A stretch of DNA of 62,575 nucleotides, filler included. It is 10 parts of 10 records of this genome, joined end to end, with 100 filler letters (N's around TTAATTAATTAA, not from the genome) between each part and the next. Parts side by side here need not be neighbours in the genome. Positions count along the whole stretch, not along the records: positions 43,956 to 47,022 come from SRR7504441_11350; positions 47,123 to 51,337 come from SRR7504441_11353; positions 51,438 to 56,086 come from SRR7504441_11361; positions 56,187 to 62,575 come from SRR7504441_11371; 6 more parts are not named here. One strand, given 5' to 3'. This document shows, one piece after another, positions 44,148 to 56,596 of this stretch; position 1 is the stretch's first letter; every line of letters begins with the position of its first letter. The translations under genes and the position numbers were made by a program. The notes beneath the pieces were generated by a model. That model saw only the letters and a program-made list of their open reading frames with translations. It made no database searches and was not told the origin of the DNA.

Positions 44148-46893
44148 CTAGAGACTTATTCGAGCTCCCATGGAATGTGCTTCGTCCAAAATGTTGAGGC
44201 ACCGTTCTAGTGCCTTTTTCATGTTATGCAGCTGATTTCTTCGGGCCCGCACATCTTCCGTTTCTTTAAGCAGGTCGAGGACATCATGGTTCCTGTAAAG
44301 CTTCCTAACAAGTGTCTTACTAAGGTCGTTCTTCAATTTGTTTACCAGCTTGGCCATGATTGCCTTGGAAACCTGATCACAGATCTTCCTGCGGATGATG
44401 GAAAAATACCGATTCAACATATGGTGAATCATTTCTAGTCCTCTCTGTTCGCGAACAGACATGTCTCCCGTCTCGGTCACAGTGAGAGTGGAGCGCATTC
44501 GCATCTGACGAGCATCTAAAGCAGCTTTCTCCCGATTTAAGGCCTCTTGACCACCAAAGAAGTTGCTCACAAAGCCTTGCTCTTTCGACTTTTGCTCCCG
44601 TTCCTTGATCAACTGTTCCTGTTCAGTTGCAGTAGGCTCGCCACTAGCTGATGGATCTGTCATGGCAGCAATCACGCTTGCAAAGTCAGGATGCTGCAAA
44701 TTGATGTGACAAGACTCCACGCAAACTAGATTTTTGACTAGTTGGGTTGTTTCCACACTCAGTTCATGTACCATTTCATTAACACAGTTCATCACCTGTA
44801 ACCTTTCCATCAGCCCTCTATTTGCTACATAAACCACAGATCCAACTAGACGTTACCTCCATGGGCAAATTCGAGAACTTACGAATGTCGTTCATTTCAC
44901 ATTCGCCACACAGAGTTTGTAGTTCAGCCTGAACAAGCTCGACACAGCGCAATGAAGGGCCCTCTAGTTGCGAAACTTGCCGTTTGGCTAATAGCTCGAA
45001 TGAATCTTCTGGGATAAATAGCCAGGTACTCGCACCTTTGGTGTTGCGCATTGCTGTTCGAATATCCTCATCGGTCAAGCCTGACATTGCATCCAAGCTG
45101 GCCATTTCTGGCACTAGGATCTCGTCAAAGATAAATGCTATTCTTGCACCACCAACCATCATTTTAGAATTCAGCGGCTTGGTGCTGCCCTCAATTGCAC
45201 ACTTGACTTGGTGAGCATAGTCTGTTAGTAAAGTTAACAGAACTCCTGCTGCTGCATTATCCTCATCCTTAGTGAGCTCCTCAAACCCTATTTGCTGGAG
45301 CTCAGTGGACACAGTCTTGAGTGTAGTACCCACCCGCACCCGCAGCTCTGGCAGTGCACCAGCAATATGCGAGACGAGAATCGAGTTGAGCCTGCGTGAA
45401 AGCACTCTGTTGCCAAGATTCGGCATACCCGAGTACACTGAATGTGCATCTATGAATGCCTCCTCGTCAACAAGATGCGCAGCGATTGTCTTTTTGTTCT
45501 GAATGTCTTTCTGGGACCTGTTCATTACACCGACATAGCCATGCTTGAGCGGGATGACCCGGTTGTTGAGTACTCCGCCCGCATGAGTCCCCGAGTCCAT
45601 CAGGTCCAACTTGGTGAGCACACCAATTGTGCGGTTGCCTTCAGGGTCCACTTCCCGGGCCAATTTGAGCGCATCTGAATTCGCCAGGTCCTGATTGGCT
45701 GCCGTAAGCGCCAGAATTAGGCAAGTGGGCCGCGAGATGAACTGCATTATCATATTTCTGATCTCCACCTCAATGTTCTTAGGCTGGTCCCCCACAGGCA
45801 CCTTGGTCACACCCGGGGTGTCTACCAGCGTTAGATTGAGCACATCAGGTGAGTAGACCTTGAGCGAAATCGGGTGAGGCGAGATGCCCAGGTTATTGCC
45901 CGCTACGCGTGCGGTCTCATTCTCAATCTCCTGTTTGATTGCACCAAAATCTACGTACTTGTTGCCTGGCTGGTGAGAGAACTCACCATAGCACTCGTGT
46001 GAGGTGTAGAGGTGCAACACCAACGGCCGCCTGGTGACAATGCCAGAGCCACGCGGTAGGAATTCGTGCCCTACTATTGACTCGAGCACAGAGGACTTGC
46101 CTGCGGATTGGGAGCCGATCACCACAATCTGCGGCAAGTCGACCATTTGGCACAAATTTAGCTGCTTGACAGTGCTTAACGCATCCTGAACCTTTTGAAT
46201 CAGTGGCACAAGGCTGGCCATCCCCAAGCTTGTCTCGCCTGCCCCTGGGTCAGCAGGGTACTGGACAGCCGAGCTACCTGGCATGGCTTCTGCCGAGCCA
46301 GTCCCACTTGATGAGTGCTCCTGGCGGGCTGCCATCGCCTTTTCGGCTGCTTCCCGAGCTGCTGTCAGCATTTTGCAGTCCTGTGCCGCAACCGGTGCCT
46401 GGGCGGCCTTCTGCTTCGAAGGCTTGGCCTTTGCCACCTTCGCCTTCGCCGCCTCTGCCTTGGTTGCCTCCTTCTGACTCTCTGCTTCCAGTCTCGCTGC
46501 CTCGTGACTCTCTGCTTCCGCTGGCGCGGCCTTGTTCTTCGCCTGAGCACGTGCCGCTTGTGCTGCCGCCGGGCTATCGGCGCTCTGTTCGGGAGGCTGG
46601 CTGGGCGGCACACTGGCAGCGCCCAGCTGAGCCTTGGCTATGGCCTGGCGCAAGGCTTCCTGTCGGGCAGGGTATTTTGCGAGCAGCAGGATCATCTGGG
46701 GCAGCACCACCCCGGCCACGTCGCTCCCGAGCGTGTCGATCGAGTAGCTCACAAACTGCTCCCCGGAGATCTTGCTCTTCTTGAACGCCTGAGAGGTGCT
46801 GAAGAACTGTGACTCGGCCTCGGTCGAATCGCCAAGCTTGCTCGTGACCGCAGCGATGATTCCCTCCTGCACCTCGGCCATGTTCACGGCCAT
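44148..46893 (-). CDS. Dynamin-related GTPase (Drp1/Vps1 type) with N-terminal extension, 1 intron
   Basis: LPQIVVIGSQSAGKSS, VTRRP, DTPG, TKLD, middle domain, GED (YFSIIRRKICDQVSKAIM); no PH domain. Confidence 0.95.
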
Positions 46894-47122
46894 GCCTCTG
46901 AGCCACCAGGCCGGGAGTCACGACACAACCTGTCAGCTTCTGAGCTTGTCTCCACGAAACTTTACAGTCTGTACCGGTACGCTATACCAGGTACACTGGG
47001 ACGATCCGTAATTCCCTACAGCNNNNNNNNNNNNNNNNNNNNNNNNNNNNNNNNNNNNNNNNNNNNTTAATTAATTAANNNNNNNNNNNNNNNNNNNNNN
47101 NNNNNNNNNNNNNNNNNNNNNN

Positions 47123-48672
47123 CAAGGACGGGCTGGTGGACGAGGCCGAGTTCGTAGCAGCTGGAGGGAGCAGTGCGGAGTTTGCGGCACGCGATCTGAA
47201 CAAGGACGGCGTGCTTGATTCGCAGGAACTCGAGCTGCGGAGCGCAGATAGGCTCGACAAGCTGGAGATCATCGCCCGCAAGCGGGACGGCGAGGAGCTC
47301 AGCAGCGCGGAGATAGAGGCGTTCATCGGGCAGTTCCAGGAGGGGACAGTTACCGACTACCAGATGAGCGCGTTCTTGATGGCTAGCTACATCCGTGGCA
47401 TGTCTGATCGCGAGACAGCGGCGCTCACTATAGCTATGATGCACTCTGGACGGGTGGCCGACCTGAGCTCGATCACGCTGCCCAAGGTGGACAAGCACTC
47501 GACGGGTGCCCGTCCACCCGGCCGCGGCTCACGGCGGGCAGGCGGGGTGGGAGATAAAGTCTCTCTGGCGCTGGCCCCGCTGGTGGCAGCGTGCGGGGTG
47601 GTAGTCCCTATGATCACAGGTGCGGCCGGCTCGGAGGCCGCTGACCGCTCGGGCAGGCCGTGGGCTGGGCCACACGGGGGGCACGCTCGATAAGCTGGAG
47701 AGCATACCGGGGTTTAGGTCGGACGTGCCAACAGAAAAGTGGCTCCAGATGCTGCATCAGTGCGGAGTCTCGATGATCGGCCCGACCCCAGATATCGCCC
47801 CAGCGGACAAGCAGATGTATGCGCTGCGGGACGTCACTGGGACAGTTGGCAGCCTGCCGCTGATTGTGGCGTCTATAATGAGCAAAAAACTGGCTGAAAA
47901 TCCGGACGCGATTGTGATCGACGTCAAGACCGGCCGGGCGGCCTTCCTGCCCGAGCTTGAGGACGGGCTGCGGCTGGCCAAAGCCATGATTGCGGCCGGG
48001 GAGACCGCCGGCAAGAAGGTGGAGGTGCTCGTGACCAGGATGGACCACCCGATAGGTGAGACGGTGGGCACGTGGCTGGAGGTCAAGGAAGTGATTGAAG
48101 TGCTGCACGGTCGCGGCCCGGCCGATTTGGTCCAGCTGGTCGAGAACTTTGCGGCCAGGATGCTCGTGCTGGCTGGGACTGTCTCGTCGCATGCTGACGG
48201 GCTCTCGACTGCAAGGCAGGCGCTTGCTGATGGGAGCGGCCTGGCAAAGTTTAAACAGATGGTCCAGCTGCAGGGCGGCGACACGAGCGTCCTGGACGAC
48301 CCCGAATCTTACCCGGTCCCACAGTTCTCGGCGCAGATCCGGGCGCCGCGGGACGGCTGGGTGACTGGGCTCGATGCGCTCGAGTTTGGCTGGAGCGGCG
48401 TGATGCTCGGAGCTGGGAGACAGGCAGCCGATGATGTGATCGACTACGGCGCCGGTATCGAGGTCCACAGGCGAGTGGGCGATCGGGTGAGCGCCGGAGA
48501 GCCAATAGCCACCATATACACCAATAGGGAAGGCGCGCTCGGTGCTGCCGAACAGAGGGTGGCGGCAGCTGTGGAGGTCTGCAATGAAGGACCGCCGGTT
48601 GCGTCCAAGTTGATTGAGTGGTATGTAGACCGAGATTCTGTTCAGCCTTGGAACGAGTTTCTGGAAGAATGA
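47123..48672 (+). CDS. Thymidine/pyrimidine-nucleoside phosphorylase with N-terminal EF-hands, 5'-partial, 2 introns
   Basis: IIARKRDGEELS, DYQMSAFLMA, VDKHSTG|GVGDK, G|RGLGHTGGTLDKLESIPG, ASIMSKK. Confidence 0.93.
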
Positions 48673-48949
48673 GTGCCCGAAACAAAACTGAACAGCACTG
48701 CCGTAATGATCAGTGTATTTTTGCCGCGTCGTAGCTTGATTTATTCGACGTACAATGTCATGTCCGAGTACCTATTTGCTCGTTCAAATTTTAAAGCAAC
48801 CGGTCGTGAAGAGAGAGAAAGCAATAAAGTAGCCATAAAAGCGTACCAAGTAACGCGTTTTGTTTAACCTATCATTATCAATGGTGATGCAATTAATTAT
48901 CAAATGACCATCGTCATGCAATGACCGTTTTCTCAATAAAATCAAGGAT

Positions 48950-50990
48950 CTAGCGCGAGCCGTTTCCGAACTGCTCACGATCCCGGCGCTTCTTGTTCGC
49001 CACGGCGGCCCGCACCTGCAGCCTCTCAAAGCCAGCATGGCCCAGGAGAGCACCATCTCACGTGCATTCTGCTCTATCTGCTTGTTCAGCGTCTGAGGTA
49101 GAGCGTGCGCGTTAGATATCTGCCCAAACGGCTGGACAGAGCACCAACTCAGTCGCCAGAGCGGTACACATGCCCACCTGCGGCGATCCCGACGGCCCTA
49201 GAGATCGCGAGAGCTGCTCGATTTTGAGCTGCTGCTGCTCCAGCTGCTTCTTGTCACTGGCGCCAGACGCTGAGTCCGGGCTGGCCAGACGGCTACACCT
49301 GAGCACTTTCTTCCGCGCTTTGGACTTGACTCTCGAGAGCTCAGCGAGCGCCGTGCTTAGTCGGTTCTCGCTCTCTTCGGCAACGTCCACCAGCTTACGG
49401 CAATACTCCTCCTGCAGTGCGGCCACCTGCGCACAGTCACACCGACCAGCGCTTCTGGCACCTTCTTGGCGCATACCAGCTCGCTCTGGGTCTCGGCTAG
49501 CTTGCTCGCGAGCGCCTGCACTGAATCAGCCGATGCAAGCCACCGGAGCATGCCTGATACTGCATCACTGAGGCACCCTCGGGCAGTAGCACGTCCGTCT
49601 CTACAGCATCAGCCCGCTGCCCGGCCTGTTCGGGGTGCAGCACCGGCCAGCGCGCACCGCGGTGAGCATTCGGGCAAGCTGCTCGCAGTGCTTCCGCTGG
49701 ATGGCCACAGTCTGCTCTAGAGTGCTCTTTTCCATCTTGTATAGTCGCAGCCACGCGTCGACGTCCGACCCGAGTCCATTATGCAGCCGCTGCGCGCAGC
49801 AGAGTGAGCGGTGCACGCACCGGGCGGTACCGTCCGGGCAGGCACGGCCAGTTCGTTCAAAGCTAGTTCCGTGCCCTGTTGGGGGAGCCAGAGCGAAGGG
49901 TCATCCTGCAACAGCTGCTGGAGCTGTGACGGGAAGCACTGCCCTCCGGTCGGGCCGGATGTGGCAGACACAAAGTCGTTATACACCGCAGGCGAGGCCA
50001 CCTGCCCGCCTGGTGAGCTCATACACGGCCCGCAGTGCACCGGCTTAGTCCGCGCGAGGTCTTGCCTCCTCGTAACAGACGGCTCGCTCATGATCAGCTG
50101 ATCCAGCGGGTTAGTCCCGTGCACTGGGAAGCTCTCCAGCTGCCCCCTCCCGTCAGTCCAAACACCGGCCCGTCGCACCAGCGAGCTCATCTGACGCTCC
50201 ATGTCCGCAATGCTCTGGTCCAGATTCTCCGGGTCGCTCCTGAGCTGTCCACCCACAGGCGCTCCAGTGGATGCAATCGCCGGATCGAGCCGCTCCGCGA
50301 GCTCGGCCGCCGCACGCTCCGACCGTTCGGCCAGCGCGGCCGCATTCGCAAGTAAGGCGTGTCGCGCGGCGTCTTGCGACTTAATATCCTCAGCAGCCGC
50401 CTCCTCCGCGGCCTGAGCCTCCGCTTCCGCGGGCGCCGCCTCCGGCTCAGCAGCGGTGGCCTCTGTCGCCGCAGCCTCGCCCGCGTCTACCCGCGGGGCT
50501 TCTTCGTTGCGCACCGACCCATCGGATGAGGACTGGCAGTCCTCCTCCGGCCGGATGCGCATAACCAAACGGATCTCGTGCTTCTCCCTGAGCTCGTTCA
50601 CCATCTCATCCTCCGTGGTCGCCTCGTTCGCCCTGAGCACCTGCCCCCGCCCCTCGCCCGGGCCCGCACCCCACGGCGCGCCTGGTCCCCAACCTCCAGC
50701 TCCCCGCTGAGCGCCGCCAGTCCGTCCGGGCGCAACGCCTTAATCTCAATGGCGCCGTCCGCGGTCGGGCCCACCTTGATCCCGTACCGCTTGCCTGGGC
50801 TCTTGGTCAGCAGCACGGTCCGCTCCTCCAGCTCGCGCTGCTTAATCAACCGCTCCTGCTCGGCCTGCTCCCGCTCGTGCTGCGACCGCCAGCGCGCCCC
50901 GAGCTGCTGGTGCACCGGCGGCCCCGGCGGCAGCTGGCCGCTCTCGAACCGCCGGTGCGCCTCGGCGAGCTCCTCGTCGTTGGCGGGCAT
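48950..50990 (-). CDS. PDZ-domain + coiled-coil protein, multiple introns
   Basis: KSPGKRYGIKV...LRPDGLAALSGELEVGDQ|VLRAN; GC-AG intron 50641-50681. Confidence 0.75.
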
Positions 50991-51861
50991 CACAGCCTCA
51001 GCACAGCGCCGGATGCCGGATTCATCCAAAGCAAAGTTCTTCAAAAGCCGTTATCGATAATTATGCCCAGTGGCTTTAGACTCACGTAGACTCTACATGT
51101 CTCGATGTCTGAGCACATTAGACAGGGGTACGTACCTACCGACTCGCCGACTTGCTTTTAAGGCGGTGCCCAGCGAGTGAGCAAGAAAAAGAGGGAACTC
51201 TCTCTCTCATTCAAGGTACATGTATGGGACCTTTATGGTTTGAATCATTGTGCACGCAATAATTGAGCGCAGTTCAGCTTTCGGACAAGGTGCTCGGCAG
51301 CTTGGGCCGCATCAGTCAGCACGAGAGCGTACCGCGGNNNNNNNNNNNNNNNNNNNNNNNNNNNNNNNNNNNNNNNNNNNNTTAATTAATTAANNNNNNN
51401 NNNNNNNNNNNNNNNNNNNNNNNNNNNNNNNNNNNNNGCCGCTCGGACCGGGCGGACGGCTGTGCGGAGAGGGCGAAGCTGCAGCCAGCTATTACTACCT
51501 GGTCCGGCCTGCAGGTCTGAGTTTGGCTGGCCTCCCGGCTCCCGCGCTAAGGAGGCGAGCCGCCCCACGGTGTCAACTTCACCCGGCGTTGGCGCTGGTT
51601 GTGCACGTCGGCGGGGTCCGCCGCGCGTCGGGCCGTGTCCAGGGTTCTTGTGGACAAGTACCGCGAGTACCGGTACTGGCGGGGGTATAGCGGGGTCGCG
51701 GGGAGGAGTCAGGCATCGAAAGACCGTTGATCAGCCGTTCAGGCGTTGCGGGCTGCTGCAGTGGGCAGTGGGCACCAGTGGTGTGGCGGGTGGTGAGCCC
51801 TTGAGTGTTGGCCGTTCGCCGCCAGCAGCCGCCCACTGAGCCTCGCTGCGCGGAGACGACC

Positions 51862-54800
51862 ATGGAGGAAGAGGACCAGACTGCGCAGCTGGAGGAGGAC
51901 ATCGAAGAGCTGCGACGGCAGCTGCAGCTCGCCCAGCACGAGTCCTTCAACAGGAAGAACGAGCTGAAGCGCGATCGCGCCTTCCTCGGTGAGCGGATCA
52001 GGGTGGCAGCAGTGTCTGACAATTGTGCGCCTTGCAGGCAACGAGCTGCAGCGGGTGCGAGAGAAGGCTGCAGTCACCGAGCACGAGAAGGAGGCGTACG
52101 AGATAAAGCTCAAGCGGCTGCGGAACCAGGTCAAGGAGTTGCAGGAGGCAGCCAAGCTTCGGAACGAGCAGCTCGGCCCGGACTCGGCGGACCGCGTGCC
52201 GGATGACGACAGTGCGCGACGCGAGGCCGAGGTGGCAGCACTGCAGTCGCAGGTTGAGGCACTGCGGCGCGTCTGGGTGATTCAGGACGAGCAATGGTCG
52301 AAGGGCACCCTGGTCGACGTAACATCCCCTGACTCGGCAATAATCACGACAGCAGATGGCCTGAAAGCTGACCACGCACTGGCTGACCTGGCGCCTAGGG
52401 ACCTGCGGCCGGACGACGAGTGTGTGGCCAATCTGGCAGACCTCGGGCCCGACGGACTCCAGGATCCGGTTCTAGTCGAAACCTTGCTGGACAATAAGAA
52501 CAAGGGGGCGTGCTTCACTTTTGTGGGATCAGTGCTGCTGTACTTGACTGATCTTGAGCCGAACATTGACAAGGGCCCCGAAGACCGATTGGCCTATCGC
52601 TGCTGCAAACACACTCGAGAGCTGAGGCCGCACGTCTTCTCCGTGCTGGAAACCGCCTATCGGTCCATGAGGCTCGAGCAGCTTAGCCAGTCCGTCATCC
52701 TGACTGGGACTGCTGGTGCGGGCAAATCGGAGCTGTTCAGGTCTGCTGTCGAGTATCTAGTGCTGGATAGACACGTGGGCAATGTACACAGAATCATGGA
52801 CGGCCTGACGGTGCTCGAGGCTTTTGGCTGTGCTCAGACTGTGACCAGCAAATTTTCGCCACGAATGTCAACTCTGGTTGAAGTCCAGTACGATATTGCG
52901 GGCACTGCCTTAGGCGCTTCAGTCGCTGTCTATGGCTTTGAAAAAATGCGGATTACTGAGCAGGAGGACTTCAACTTTGCTGTGTTCTATCAAATGTGTG
53001 CTGGTGCCACTGAAGGTGAGAAGCAAACCATGCATTTGATGAGTGCATCGGAGTTTCCCTACCTGAATTCCTACCTGAACAGCGAGGAGAACCGTCGGAT
53101 CACCAACTCGGCTGGCGTAAACTATGATAGCGCTGGCGATGTTGAGCGTTACAGGCAGCTCAAGAATGCAATGAACAATATTGGGCTTGATGCTGTGATG
53201 CGTGCTGCTGTGTTCCGCGTGCTTGCAGCAATCCTGTGGCTAGGTAAGATCGATTTCCTTGAGGAGAACATGAGGCAGCAAACTCCAATCATTGTGGACA
53301 GAAGTGTACTGGACAAAGCTGCACACCTGCTGCGGTGTACTTCTACTGAGTTAGAGGCAGCTCTCACATCTGACACCCAGCATAGCTTTGGCGAGGTTGA
53401 TGGGCTTAGTGACATTGAAATACAGAACCAGAATGCAGCTTATGCACGAGACATGCTTGCACAGGCTCTCTATACACGAGTGTTCAATTGGATTATTGAG
53501 CGGATCAATGCACTGTTGAGCAATGATGATGCATTCTCCGTGGTTGGTGTCTTAGATTTAGTATCCTTCGAAATGCTGGATGAAGATAACTCATTTGACC
53601 ATTTTTATCGCAACTATGCAACAGAGTGTGTGGAGAATCTGTTTAATCGGGACTTCTTTGAAATTGAACAAGAGGAGTATGAAGCAGAGAAACTCAAATT
53701 GCCTGATTCCTTTGTATTCCCAACCAACAGGGGTTGTATTGATTTGATTGACCGGCAAGGTGGCTTCATTTCGCTTCTCGATCAAGAATGCCAATTTGTC
53801 AATGGCAGTGAGCCGGCTCTCATCAGGCGTTTAAAAACTGCGTTTGATCGCGATCCCCACTACTCACAAGGTCGAGCAAAGCGAGGCTTCAATATCAAGC
53901 ACTGGCAGAGCGAAGTCCACTACTCTACTGCTGATCTCATAGAAAAAAATCAGGATGTCATGCCACCCAATGTGGTGAGCTTGATGGATGAATGCAAGTG
54001 CCGCTTTCTAGCTGAGCTGTTCCCCAGTGCTGACATACCAGAATCTTCACGGCCTGTGACACTGCTGACCCAGCTCAAGAATCAAATGGCTGCCCTGCTG
54101 AGGCCGATGAGTTCACCTGTAAATGGAAGCACGCCATACTTTGTTCGCTGCCTGAGCACAACACGGCCCGGCGATTCAGAAAACAATCAGCTTGACTCTG
54201 GGTACCTGCTCAAGCAGCTGAAAGCATACCGCATCCCACAAATGCTGCAGCTGCGGCATCTTGGTTTTCCTGTACGGAGTTCATTTGTCGACTTCTACCA
54301 TCGATACCGGATCTTTTCAGAGACGCAGCTCGTCGATCGTGCAGATTCGATGTACAAGCAGCAGTGTGAGTTTATCCTGGCTGCAATGAATTTTAACCGA
54401 GGTACTTTCCAGACTGGGCTTACCAAGGTCTACCTTAAGGAAGCCCAGCTGAAGCTTCTTGAGAAGAAACGACATGACTTGAGGGAGAGGGCTGCTCTCA
54501 GAGTGCAGAAACAGTTCAGAACTGCTCGATTTTTGGCGCGATTCAGGGAATGGCGGAAGAATTCTGGCTTGCTCAAGCCGATTATCCGTGGAGTTCTTGC
54601 TCGACAGCAGTTCAAACAGCTTGAAGAAGCCAGACGCATGGCTGAGGCTGAAGAGCACAGTACTGCTTTTAACAAATATGTGCGAGAGCAGCTGGACATG
54701 GCGAAGCGAGAGGCAGAGAGGATGCATGCTGCTTTTCTGGAATCCGAGGCGTGGAATATCGAGTGGCGGCGCGAAATGCTGGAGAAGGCACAGGAATTGG

Positions 54801-55942
54801 CGAAAACCATGTTTGAAAAGGTCTCTCAGAGCAATGCTCACATGGACGCCTTGGGAATCAGAGACTGGCGTGCTCCTGAAGAGATAGACGAATCCATGCT
54901 TATGATACCTCCAAAAGAGGTGGCAGCATGTGTGCATGAAGTTGTGACATTAGGAAATGAAGAGGCACTTAAAGAATACAGGCGTCGTGAGCAAGAGAAG
55001 GAGGACGAGAAGAAGGTCAAGCAAGCATTGTGGGCCGAGGAGCAATATTTGCGCAGTGTTGCACAGGCTCTGAGCCGCAGGTATGACCCTCATCCTCTGG
55101 AAGAGCTCGCCTGGATGCGGGCAGAAGAACAATATCAGAGGGTTGCTGATGCAGTCAGGGCTGCGACAAACTTTGATGTAGAGTCATTGAAAGCACCTTC
55201 ATCTCTAGAAACCCAAGATGGTGATCCTGTGGTTGATCAGAATCCTTTACTGGCTGCAATGTTGACGCTACAAAATGGTCTAGTTCAGGATGAGACAGAG
55301 AGGATTGCTGCTGGCGATCTAGTCAAATTTGATGCACCACCACCTCGTCCAGCAGGTGTATTCGAGATCGTTCAAGTGCCCCAAATTGAAGAAGACGAGG
55401 AGGAATATGTGTACGAGACTATTCCCGAAGTAAAACAAGTTGAAGTCGGAGTTGAAGTCAGTGTGCCACCCAGAGCAGAGCTTCCTGCAGCACAGGTGGA
55501 AATGCAAAAGGCAGACATACACATACCGGTGGAGCCAGAACCTGCTGCAGAAGCCAAGCCAGAAGCCCCCATTCCACCACCTCCTGATTTCGTGCCACCA
55601 CTAGAATTGGGAACGCAAGCAGCTACTCGCAATACTGAAGTTGCTATCCCGTTCGATGCCAGCAAGGACGATGAAGCTCGTGCAATTGATCAAATTATCG
55701 ATCGGAAACGGCAACAGAGAGAAAACGCTGATGTTGACATCGATAGCCTCTTTGCTGATATTGACAATGAGCTTGCGAGCATCAAGCACATGTACTTTGA
55801 GCCGGCGGAATCACAGAGCACGTACGAATATGTGGGCAAGGAGGAGGAGGAACCCGAGCTTGATTACAAATACAGATTCAAGTACAAATTCCGAGGTGTT
55901 GATGCCGGGCTCACCGATAAAGATTTGCAATCTCTCGTGTAA
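51862..55942 (+). CDS. Divergent myosin: N-terminal coiled coil, SH3-like region, motor, IQ motifs, acidic tail; 1 intron
   Basis: RPHVF, QSVILTGTAGAGKSE, LEAFG, ARDMLAQALY..F.WI, LLDQEC, PYFVRC, GFPVR, GLTKVYLK, IQ-like VQKQFR and IIRGVLARQQF. Confidence 0.92.
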
Positions 55943-56186
55943 TAGATAGAATCATTTAAATATTGGTGGTTTTCATTACTTTTTCTATAGTATATTTATT
56001 AGAAAGTCGGAACCCTAATAAGGCCCACATAACTTTATACTCTTGGTCCACTGATGGAAAATATCGCCATCCATTTCCGGACCTGANNNNNNNNNNNNNN
56101 NNNNNNNNNNNNNNNNNNNNNNNNNNNNNNTTAATTAATTAANNNNNNNNNNNNNNNNNNNNNNNNNNNNNNNNNNNNNNNNNNNN

Positions 56187-56470
56187 GTATGGCCACCGCT
56201 GCCGTCTGGACCAGCAAGTTTGAGCTTCCACTGGGCTCCTGCAGAGTGTCGTTGGATCTCGTGCATCTGGTGGTCGCCAGGCGCTCCAATCCTTGATCAG
56301 ACTGCCGGATAGCTCGGAAGCGGGAGCGTATTGCGATACGCCCATGACAGCGCCACGCACAGCAAGCCGGCCAAGCAGGCGTCCAGCGGGCCCAGCTTGC
56401 CGATATCGTCTGCCTCTGAGGCGCTGACGACCGCCATGGTGGTCGTCAGCGCAACCGCGATGAGCGACTC
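56187..56470 (-). CDS. Fragment of hypothetical membrane protein
   Basis: Hydrophobic ORF divergent from the TRAP gene, running into the contig end. Confidence 0.3.
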
Positions 56471-56596
56471 GATGACCACCGGACACAACTCCATCGAAGG
56501 GACGGGCCGACGGGGTGCGGAAATCAGCAGATCGTCCGTTGTTCTGACTGCCCAGCTGACTGCAAAGCGGAAGGGCGCTCTGAAGAATAATCAACC

